The notes below the pieces were generated by a model. It searched no databases. It was not told the origin of the DNA and worked only from the letters and a program-made list of their open reading frames with translations. From Chitinivibrionales bacterium (GTDB lineage Bacteria > Fibrobacterota > Chitinivibrionia > Chitinivibrionales > WJMI01): 45,833 nt of DNA. How positions within the stretch are numbered: position 1 is the first letter of the stretch; every line of letters starts with the position of its first letter. The stretch lies in NCBI GenBank assembly GCA_014728015.1, contig WJMI01000147.1, positions 1 through 45,833 on the forward strand. The letters are read 5' to 3'. Shown here piece after piece: positions 27,380 to 35,066 of this stretch. A program made the translations under genes and the position numbers.

Positions 27380-28338
27380 TTCATGTGCTCCTTGAGGAAG
27401 CTTCTCATGTATTCGGTGCGAAGCGTTTTCATGGCGGTATCCTTCACCTGTCGCACGCGTTCCCGGGTCAGCCCCAGGCCCCTGCCGATGTCGTCGAGCG
27501 TTTGAGGTTCGTCCCGCTCAATCCCGAAGTACCGCTTGACGATTTCCTGCTCTCGCTCGTTCAGTGTTCGCAGCATCCGTTTCAAGGCCCGGATGGTCGA
27601 TTCGCGGGCAATCCCCTCGTCCGGTGTATGTCCTTCCTCATCACCGAGGACCACGTCGCCGTACACGCTCTTGGCATCACCCTCCAGCGGCTTGTCCAGA
27701 GAGACATGCGGACGGTTGATCTTGAGCGCCAACTCCACGTCGCGCCGGCCCAGCTCGGTTTCATCCGCCAGCTCATCGATGCTCGGGGCACGGTGCAGGC
27801 GCTGGACCAGCCGGTCGCTTGCCTTGCCGACTTTGTATACGCCGCTGACCCGATTCAGCGGAATCTTGAATAAACGGGACTGATCCGCCAATGTCTGCAA
27901 AATAGCCTGTCGGATCCACCATACCGCATAGGAAATGAACCGGAAGTTCTTTTTCTCGTCAAACCGCCGGGCCGCTTTCACCAGCCCCATATTGCCCACA
28001 CTCACCAGGTCTTCCAGCGGCACCCCCTGCTCCTGGTAGTTCTTGGCCACACTCACCACGAAACGAAGGTTTGACCGGATCAGCTTCTCAAGCGCCGCGC
28101 GATCACCCTTGCGTATCCGCCTCGCCAGGTGGGCCTCCTGTTCCGAACTCAACGGGCGATAGCGCTGGATATCCTGCAGATACATATCCAGCATCGTCGC
28201 CTCTTTTGCCGTCTCGACTTTGGGCACCTTCACCGTATCCTTCTTGCGGCGGCTTCGCGCATGCGCGCGCTTTGGCCGGCGCCGCTTGTCGGGCTTAGGC
28301 CCTTTCCGCCGTCTTTTTTCGCGTTGGTATTCTGCCAT
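27376..28338 (-). CDS. RpoD/SigA-family sigma70 factor lacking region 1.1
   Basis: YLQDI, NLRFVVSVAK, GNMGLVKAA.RFD, FISYAVWWIRQAI, TLDDIG..LTRERVRQ. Confidence 0.92.
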   Translation of the reverse strand: MAEYQREKRRRKGPKPDKRRRPKRAHARSRRKKDTVKVPKVETAKEATMLDMYLQDIQRYRPLSSEQEAHLARRIRKGDRAALEKLIRSNLRFVVSVAKNYQEQGVPLEDLVSVGNMGLVKAARRFDEKKNFRFISYAVWWIRQAILQTLADQSRLFKIPLNRVSGVYKVGKASDRLVQRLHRAPSIDELADETELGRRDVELALKINRPHVSLDKPLEGDAKSVYGDVVLGDEEGHTPDEGIARESTIRALKRMLRTLNEREQEIVKRYFGIERDEPQTLDDIGRGLGLTRERVRQVKDTAMKTLRTEYMRSFLKEHMN

Positions 28339-28490
28339 GGAAAAAAAGCCCCTTTCCGCCGCGTGCAGCGGTGGCATGCATTGGAATGAGGGCACATCGC
28401 CCTCAGGCCACTAATCATATGTATTAGGCCATTAAAGCTTTCGATTATTCGGCGCATTTATTGCGGCCTGATCCGGGCGCCGCGACGGGC

Positions 28491-29033
28491 TCATTTGTCA
28501 TTGCCGCCGGGGGCAAGAAAGGCGGTAATGGTGGAATCAAGTCTTTGCGGATCAAAACAATCCAAAGAACGGTACCCGTCATCGCACGATGCCATGACTA
28601 CGCCATCCTCGTTGAGCAGGAAATAAGAGCCACGGTTGTCGATTGTCTGGAGCCGATCGATATAGGTCGACGCATCGCGCAACACCGGAAGAGTCACGCC
28701 CGTCCTACGGATAAATTCCCGCACTTGTTTTCCGGTGCCGTCCCATGCATCCAGCCCCAACACCACAAAGCTGTCCAATCGGTATTCCTGATATGCGTCC
28801 TCCAACCTGGAGGCGCTCTTGCGACAGTAGCTTCACCCGGAACCAAAAGCAAAAAGTAGAACCTTTGTCCCTCGATAATCGGTAAGGGAATGGGTCTTCC
28901 CCTCGGTGTCGCGGAGGTGAAAGTCCGGCAGGGAGTCCCCTACATGGGGAGACTCGTCACATACTGCGAATGCTACCGTCGCGAGGACGAGCATGCCCAT
29001 AGTACGCATTTTGCCGCGCAAAGCAGTCATCAT
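28491..29033 (-). CDS. Selenocysteine-containing redoxin (AhpC/TSA/TlpA thioredoxin fold), U-x-x-C active site; TGA at 28833-28835 = Sec
   Basis: ORFs 28833..29057 and 28491..28805 are in the same frame; the join reads VLLFAFGSG-TGA-SYCRKSASRLEDAY; VGDSLPDFHLRDTEGKTHSLTDYRG redoxin N-terminus. Confidence 0.85.
28795..28816 (-). promoter_or_regulatory. Bacterial SECIS-like hairpin
   Basis: mRNA GCG-CCUCCA-GGU-UGGAGG-A-CGC; G-initiated apical loop 25 nt downstream of the UGA. Confidence 0.7.
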
Positions 29034-29037
29034 TTGT

Positions 29038-29514
29038 TTATTTGCTGGTAGCCCCAAAATACGACTTCCTGAATTTCTCCAGCGATTCCCTTAGTTTCTT
29101 TGTGTTCGCAAGGTCGGTGGTCTGCTTGCACTGCATCGCGTAGACCAGCATCTCGTGAAGCGCGCTGAGTTCCGTGATGTACTTCTGATACGCCTTCTCA
29201 TTGTCCGGCGAGGTCGGCTTGATCCGCTGGTTCATGAAGTACTGGTACACAATCTCCTGGATCTTGTTCGCATGCAGCTCCTTGTTGTCGATCCATCGTA
29301 CGAGCTGATTGTAGTTCTTGTCCTTTGCGGCGCCCAACTCCTCGATTTTTTTCATCGACTTCTCAATCGTCCCGATATGCTCTTCAATCATGGATACACG
29401 CGCGGTATCATCATAAATACCGCATGGAATCTCACAATGGGCGAATACCCCGCCTGCCAGAAACAGAAATGCCAGACCGAATATTTCCGCGCTGGCCCCA
29501 CTTCGGATTCTCAT
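29038..29514 (-). CDS. sodN: Nickel superoxide dismutase precursor
   Basis: Ni-hook HCEIPCGIYD after signal peptide ending VFA; NQLVRWI..KE.HA, YF.NQRIK; GGAGG RBS. Confidence 0.92.
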   Translation of the reverse strand: MRIRSGASAEIFGLAFLFLAGGVFAHCEIPCGIYDDTARVSMIEEHIGTIEKSMKKIEELGAAKDKNYNQLVRWIDNKELHANKIQEIVYQYFMNQRIKPTSPDNEKAYQKYITELSALHEMLVYAMQCKQTTDLANTKKLRESLEKFRKSYFGATSK

Positions 29515-29601
29515 AAAAAATCCTCCCGTCTCCTTCACGCAAAAAGGGCTGGTGTCCCGACCCCATGCAATTCGTGCATCGGGCCGGGAATAGTGCATTG
29601 C

Positions 29602-30030
29602 TTACAAGGCCGCCTCGGCGGTCCAATAGCCGTGGACATTGCAGTTCTCTACTATCCGTACCTTGGATCCGTTTGCTTTCAAATGAAACAGCGAGCCGGG
29701 ATTCACTCCCGGTGTAAGGTACTGCCGCGAAACGTATGCATCATCGACGTAGCAGTCGATGAACTGGATGAAATGCTTTTCTTCCATGGGATGAATCTTC
29801 TCGCCGATTACCACGAGAACATCGACACATCCGGCGTTGGGTATCAGCGCGCACTCCTTCTTGACCGTTATGGCCGGGATGTGCTTGGCCGATGCTTCCT
29901 TGCTTTTCTCCTCCGACTCCTTGAATATGTTGTCGTTCTGCGTGAACTTGGTCGCTCCACAGACCGGGCACTTTTCCGGCGCGGAACCGAACTCGATATG
30001 GCCGCACGCATTACAAATGTAAACCGACAT
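29602..30030 (-). CDS. Superoxide reductase (desulfoferrodoxin-type) with N-terminal rubredoxin-like domain
   Basis: CNACG..CPVCG N-domain; KHIP, HPMEEKHFI, CNVHG (4 His + Cys); AGGAGG RBS before ATG 30030. Confidence 0.88.
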   Translation of the reverse strand: MSVYICNACGHIEFGSAPEKCPVCGATKFTQNDNIFKESEEKSKEASAKHIPAITVKKECALIPNAGCVDVLVVIGEKIHPMEEKHFIQFIDCYVDDAYVSRQYLTPGVNPGSLFHLKANGSKVRIVENCNVHGYWTAEAAL

Positions 30031-30175
30031 GCACTCCTCCTTCTGGTGAATATTGTTCGTCACTTTTGCGTTTTCTATGCAACATGACGCCGCGCAAATC
30101 TCCGGAGGACTTGCGCGATATGCGGATATGCTGACAGTAAAGAAACATCCTTTTCTCTCACAGGGTATACTTTTA

Positions 30176-30191
30176 TGCAATGAGCATGCCA
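30176..30191 (-). promoter_or_regulatory. sigma54 -24/-12 promoter for the SOR-sodN-selenoredoxin operon
   Basis: Minus strand TGGCAT-GCTCA-TTGCA. Confidence 0.78.
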
Positions 30192-30249
30192 ATCGAGCGC
30201 GAAGGCTGCTTGCGCCAAGCGCTCAAGATAAGCTATGTAAGGCGCCCGG

Positions 30250-30287
30250 ATGGCGTTTTTGCGAACTCCATTTCGCAGCAATGACAA
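30250..30287. promoter_or_regulatory. Tandem enhancer-like (UAS) site, copy 3
   Basis: ATGGCG-tttt-TGCGAA, 6 bp, TTCGCA-gcaa-TGACAA; 58 bp upstream of the sigma54 element. Confidence 0.62.
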
Positions 30288-30402
30288 TCCGGTGCCCGGA
30301 CCAGACCTGTCCAGCGGTACACTTCTCACCAGAAGCAGGGGCGCGATGGTTCCTTGGTAAAGCTCTCAGAAAGTATATTCTTGGGTCAAAAAGCGGTCTA
30401 TT

Positions 30403-30479
30403 CGGGGTGTAGCGCAGCCTGGTAGCGCACTTGGTTTGGGACCAAGGTGTCGCTGGTTCAAATCCAGTCACCCCGACCA
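30403..30479 (+). tRNA. tRNA-Pro (TGG)
   Basis: CGGGGTG/CACCCCG acceptor stem, anticodon arm CTTGG-TT-TGG-GA-CCAAG, GTTCAAATC T-loop, encoded CCA. Confidence 0.97.
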
Positions 30480-30494
30480 TTCGATAAAAAAAAC

Positions 30495-30571
<77 letters not shown>

Positions 30572-30574
30572 CAC

Positions 30575-30606
30575 AAAAAAGGCCTCCTTACCGGAGGCCC
30601 TTTTTG
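30575..30606. terminator. Bidirectional intrinsic terminator
   Basis: AAAAAA-GGCCTCC-ttacc-GGAGGCC-cTTTTT between the tRNAs and a convergent gene. Confidence 0.85.
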
Positions 30607-30636
30607 TGGTATGTTCGCCATCGGTCTTGCCCGCCT

Positions 30637-31416
30637 TCACATCTCCACGCTCACCTTCCCGCGCACCGCGAACCCGCTGAAATCGAGGTTGATATTGTGG
30701 GGATCGTCGTCGGGGCGGCGCCACGGCCAGCCGTCGGTCGCGCTTTGCATTACTTCGGTACGAAGTATGCGGTAGCCCGCGACAAGCCCCAGCGATATGT
30801 GGTTCACTGGAAACAGCTCAATCCCCGAGAATGCCGATACCCCGATCCCCGTGCCCCCGAAATTCACGTAGCCATAGTTTTCAAATCTGCTCTCCGGTCG
30901 TTCACCGAACCCCAGGTGGGTGAACCCCCTTCCCCATATGTTCCGTCCGCCGATAAACACGCGCACCTTGTTTCCGCGATACGGATAGTATCGGCCGCTC
31001 AGGCCGATGCCCCGGAAATAGGTATCGAGAAACCACGAGCTCCACGCCACCGTATTGGTGTCACGCCCCTCGACATAGGTAAACGTATCGCTGACACTGC
31101 TTTCGGTGACGCCTTTTGCCTGGACATACGATATACCAAGCTTGACTCGCGGGCCTATGAACGTTCCGAGCTCCGCAATGAGCACCGGCCCGCCGGTAAT
31201 GGCATTGTTGAAAATCGACGAGTGCCGGTCAATGTAATACTCGTTCATGTTGCCCATGGAGAACGTGCCGTACCCCACGCTGAATTCCGTGTAGATCAGG
31301 TCGTGTGGCTTCTCCCGGGACGCCCCTCCCCCGGCTTTCCGCGGCACCAGCACGCCAGCCTGTCCGTACACAGCCATACATGCCGACAAAAGCACCGCCA
31401 TCTGCATCATGCGCAT
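30637..31416 (-). CDS. Putative outer-membrane beta-barrel protein
   Basis: Signal peptide; alternating amphipathic strands (SVGYGTF, GLSGRYY, GLVAGYR, LDFSGFAVRG). Confidence 0.65.
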   Translation of the reverse strand: MRMMQMAVLLSACMAVYGQAGVLVPRKAGGGASREKPHDLIYTEFSVGYGTFSMGNMNEYYIDRHSSIFNNAITGGPVLIAELGTFIGPRVKLGISYVQAKGVTESSVSDTFTYVEGRDTNTVAWSSWFLDTYFRGIGLSGRYYPYRGNKVRVFIGGRNIWGRGFTHLGFGERPESRFENYGYVNFGGTGIGVSAFSGIELFPVNHISLGLVAGYRILRTEVMQSATDGWPWRRPDDDPHNINLDFSGFAVRGKVSVEM

Positions 31417-31430
31417 GACCGGTATCTCCC

Positions 31431-31472
31431 AAGAAACAAAAGGCCCGGCGTCTCAAAGAGACGTGCCGGGCC
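31431..31472 (-). terminator. Intrinsic terminator after the small membrane protein gene
   Basis: Minus strand GGCCCGGC-ac-GTCTC-ttt-GAGAC-GCCGGGCC followed by TTTTGTTTCTT. Confidence 0.7.
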
Positions 31473-31494
31473 GTGAGCCAGATACCCGCGCAGG

Positions 31495-31716
31495 CTAGTC
31501 TTCCGCAATCTTCTCGGCAACGTCGAGTGCGACATCCTTTGCCTTGCGCTTCTCGCGCTTGGCGATCTGCCGGAACTCGTTCTTCTGGACCTCGACATAC
31601 GCCTTGGTCGCGCGGGCAAGATCCCAGACCGTCGTTGTCACCATCTTTGTCGAGATCAGCATGAACACCCCGACAATGATAGTCCCGATAATGGTGGCCT
31701 TGACTGTTTCACTCAT
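31495..31716 (-). CDS. Small single-TM hypothetical protein
   Basis: GGAGG RBS, ATG 31716, N-terminal TM helix then charged coiled tail; flanked by promoter-like and terminator sequences. Confidence 0.65.
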   Translation of the reverse strand: MSETVKATIIGTIIVGVFMLISTKMVTTTVWDLARATKAYVEVQKNEFRQIAKREKRKAKDVALDVAEKIAED

Positions 31717-31770
31717 GAGCGGCCTCCCCGGAAATGGTTTGACATGTACGAACCCTGGGGCACGTTTCAC

Positions 31771-31798
31771 AAAATACTACATGAAGCAATAGTGTCAA
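31771..31798 (-). promoter_or_regulatory. sigma70-like promoter
   Basis: Minus strand TTGACA-16 bp-TATTTT in an AT-rich patch. Confidence 0.4.
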
Positions 31799-31984
31799 GC
31801 GGCCCACGGCGATTCTGGCCTGCTTGTGCCCTTCCGGAAGGAAAGCCTATTTTTGATGAATGAGCGCGCCCGCCGTCAACGTGAACCCTGTTCTGCCATC
31901 CGCCGACTCTATGAAAGTACCCCCCGTCGCCGTTCCCGCCTGGTACGCGCGGGAACGCTCGAGCCATCATTCCGGAAGACCCTC

Positions 31985-33502
31985 TTGAAACATTCAGCAT
32001 ATAGATATTGCGCTCTCCTGTGCTGTCTCGGCATTCCCTTGGCCGCGGGCCGGCCCGGCCGCGAGCCGTCGCGGTTCAGGCGACTGGTGAGGGCCTACAA
32101 CCATGTCGAGTTCGTGAACGAAGACCGCTATGCACGGCTGAATGTCTCGCGGCTCACCAATCCCGGCAAGCGCACGGTCGACAGCATCCAGCTCGACACC
32201 TCCTGGCGTTTCCAGAAAGCCATCGGCGCCGAATTCTCAGGCCATCTGCACCGGCGGAAACGCGACGAACGGATCGATTTGGACAGGGCCCATGATGTCT
32301 GGCTGACCGGCACACATCGTACCGGCGGCTTTGCCAAACGGTTCTATGTTGATCCCACACAGAACTGTCAGAACGGCGTGTGTATGACACCGTTTGGCGC
32401 GGTTCAGGATTCGGACACGGTCGCCACGGTCATCGAAATCAGCGGCGTTCACAGTCTGGCCTTGGCCAGATTTCTCAGGCTGGACTGGACCAATCCCCTG
32501 TTCCTGGCGCTCCACGGCACGGCCGATTGGCGGGGCCGCTACATATACGAGCAGAATACCGAGCCGCTCATTCCAGACACGATTCTCGATCACAAGTACT
32601 ATGAAAACAGGTACCGGACGCACGGGCGCATCACCGTCACGCCCTCACTGGGATTGGGCAGACAGACCAATACCACCCATATCTATCACGCGATCGCGCT
32701 GGAGCGCGAGCTCATGAAGTCCGGGGCCATACAGTTTCAGCTCTCCGATGAAACGCTTCGGGCGGTGGCGCGGCTCGTGTCACGCAACGATTCATACCGT
32801 CTGCGCGACCATGAGCGATTCAAGGAATTTAAATCGGCGCTCGACAGCATCATCGTCCGCGATGCCGCGGTAAGAAAGGACCGGATCAGGTATTTCTCGC
32901 AATTCCAGCTCAGGAACCTGGTACTACGGAAGCATCCCCTGTTTCTCGCCGGCCCGCGCGTGAGCTTCGACCTGCTGCAGCGTTTCGGCCTCAACTACGA
33001 GCGACAGGAGCGGCGGTACCCGAATGACTTCTTCGATTTGTACGACGACACCACGATTGCCGACTGGTGGCCGTCCTACGATGCCGCCCTTGACGTGCGC
33101 CTCGCGTGGGGGTTACCCATAACCGCCAGATGGTTTTTCGATATCGCGGGGGCAAAGCGCGTCATCAAGACGCCGCTCGACCGCGAGTTCTCCATCGACA
33201 CGAGCGACGTCGCAGCGCGGGCGATACAGGCGGACTGGACCCTGGTCTCCTCGTTCTGGATGAACCCGCATCTGCTCGTGCAGGCCGGCGCCGAGCACGT
33301 CCTCGCCCATATCGTCGCGCCCAAGGACTGGCCGTACCACTCGTGGCTCGCGGTGGATTTCCTCATCGAAGACAACTTCTCGGTGCGGACGCAGTTCTCC
33401 CTCTACAACGATCGGCTCGCCGACAAGCGCTACGTCGCACCGTTTGGCGAGCGCACCTTTCACGGCCTGGGCGCATCGCTGTCGGCCTCCTACAGTTTCT
33501 AG
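31985..33502 (+). CDS. Hypothetical outer-membrane protein
   Basis: Signal-like YCALLCCLGIPLAA after TTG 31985; beta-strand rich; C-terminal SLSASYSF beta-signal; start uncertain. Confidence 0.65.
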   Translation: MKHSAYRYCALLCCLGIPLAAGRPGREPSRFRRLVRAYNHVEFVNEDRYARLNVSRLTNPGKRTVDSIQLDTSWRFQKAIGAEFSGHLHRRKRDERIDLDRAHDVWLTGTHRTGGFAKRFYVDPTQNCQNGVCMTPFGAVQDSDTVATVIEISGVHSLALARFLRLDWTNPLFLALHGTADWRGRYIYEQNTEPLIPDTILDHKYYENRYRTHGRITVTPSLGLGRQTNTTHIYHAIALERELMKSGAIQFQLSDETLRAVARLVSRNDSYRLRDHERFKEFKSALDSIIVRDAAVRKDRIRYFSQFQLRNLVLRKHPLFLAGPRVSFDLLQRFGLNYERQERRYPNDFFDLYDDTTIADWWPSYDAALDVRLAWGLPITARWFFDIAGAKRVIKTPLDREFSIDTSDVAARAIQADWTLVSSFWMNPHLLVQAGAEHVLAHIVAPKDWPYHSWLAVDFLIEDNFSVRTQFSLYNDRLADKRYVAPFGERTFHGLGASLSASYSF

Positions 33503-33611
33503 CATTCGCGGGCCGCGCGCCAATAGCAAGAAATGACTTTCGTGTCATTGCCAATCCATATATATTATAGACGGTTTACAAAGGTCAGCACGCCACGAGC
33601 GGAGGCACGGC

Positions 33612-33962
33612 ATGCGCAAAAGCTATACGACATCGATTACAACCAAGTACGGACGCCTGTGGGCGGTCCTTCCCGACTCCATCGACATGGACAACTATCT
33701 CAAGATAGAAGAGATTATCATTCCCGAGCTCGAGAAATCGCCCAAGGACGTTGTTCTCGATTTCTCGCGCACCAAGGCGCTGTTCAGCTCCGGGATAGGC
33801 CTTGTCGTGCGGCTCAAGAAACGGGTCAACGAGCTGGGCCAGGAACTCTCACTGGTCAATATCGACCCGAAAATCAAGGAAGGCCTGGAGAATGTCGGCC
33901 TTGACAAGGCGTTCGACATGTTTTCGTCGGAAGAGGACTTTCAGAAGTCCAAGGACTCATAG
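33612..33962 (+). CDS. STAS domain protein (anti-sigma factor antagonist)
   Basis: VVLDFS..LFSSGIGLVV, LVNIDPKIKE.L..VGLDKAF; GGAGG RBS. Confidence 0.85.
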   Translation: MRKSYTTSITTKYGRLWAVLPDSIDMDNYLKIEEIIIPELEKSPKDVVLDFSRTKALFSSGIGLVVRLKKRVNELGQELSLVNIDPKIKEGLENVGLDKAFDMFSSEEDFQKSKDS

Positions 33963-33980
33963 GCCCGCCTGCGCGGGCCT
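33961..33980. terminator. GC hairpin between convergent genes
   Basis: AGGCCCGC-ctgc-GCGGGCCT perfect 8-bp stem; weak U-tract. Confidence 0.45.
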
Positions 33981-34085
33981 GGTATTTCAATCCACGCCCC
34001 TGTTCCCGCTTCCGCTTTTCCGGAGTTTGTCGCAAGGGCCGGCTCCCGGCCCCTGAAAACCGGCACGAGAGCCTTTCCGCAGCGC

Positions 34086-34751
34086 TCAATTCACGGGCTT
34101 GTACATCTCCAACCGTTCGAGCGCCTCGCCCGCCAGGCGGCTCACTTCGCGATCGCGGTCCTCGCACGCGTCCCTCAGCGCGCGCTCCGCACGCAACGCC
34201 TCGTGCCCAAGCCTGCCCAGAGTCCGTGCCGCCGAGCGCCGCACCATGACATTGGAGTTGTCAAGCGCCACTACCAGTGTGCCCAGCGCATTCGAGCCGA
34301 GGTCCTCAAACGTGTTCATGGCAAACTCGCGGACAAGACTGTCACTGTCACCCAGGGCCCGCACGAGGTACGGCAGGGCCGACGAGGGAAACTTTTCAAA
34401 CTTCCCCATGGCATCAACCGCCGAGCGGCGCACGTGTACGTCAGGATCGCGGGTGGCCTTCATAAGCACAACATGCGCCTTCCACGCGTGCTTGCCCATG
34501 CTGCCAATGGCCTCGATTGCCAGGCGACGCAGCTCCGGATCCGGATCCTGAGCAGCATCTTTCAGCGGCGGCAGCGCGCGCCGGCCACGCGGGCCGAGGC
34601 TCTGCAGCCTGAGGGCCGCGGTGCGGCGGGCATCCAGATCATCACTCGACAATGCCTCAATGTGCGGCTTCGTTGGGGCGCACCCAAGCGCCAGCGCGGC
34701 CACACCAGCCAGCGCCAGCTTTCTGCTTTGCCGACGAAGATACTCAGCCAT
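34086..34751 (-). CDS. HEAT/PBS-repeat lipoprotein
   Basis: LALG-C lipobox; repeats D.D..VRR.A..ALG; GAGGA RBS before ATG 34751. Confidence 0.82.
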   Translation of the reverse strand: MAEYLRRQSRKLALAGVAALALGCAPTKPHIEALSSDDLDARRTAALRLQSLGPRGRRALPPLKDAAQDPDPELRRLAIEAIGSMGKHAWKAHVVLMKATRDPDVHVRRSAVDAMGKFEKFPSSALPYLVRALGDSDSLVREFAMNTFEDLGSNALGTLVVALDNSNVMVRRSAARTLGRLGHEALRAERALRDACEDRDREVSRLAGEALERLEMYKPVN

Positions 34752-35066
34752 CCGGTCCTCTTTCATTTTCACCAAAATTGCTTCCTTCCCCGCATGCCCC
34801 TGAGCCCCAACCGTACACCGCAAAACAGAACCATTGAAGCGCTAAAATAGCGCGCCAAGGCCTTTGAGTGTCCCGTTGAAACCTGAAACAGCATGTGATG
34901 AGATGGATGCTGGGCGGAAATGCTTTGCACCGCCCCCGGGATTTCCGCCACCATAATTATATATCAGTGCGCCTCAGAAAGGGTGCGCAATAGCGACAGA
35001 CCTCTTGCATCCGGGTCTGCCGCTAACGTATTTAGGCTGTCTCCATAAACCAGAGGTGCATGGCAT

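Noticed and set aside
29561-29583. ATGCA-N5-TGCAT palindrome upstream of sodN as a nickel-regulator operator
   Set aside because: Short, single occurrence, no match to an operator I can name; could simply be an RNA hairpin.
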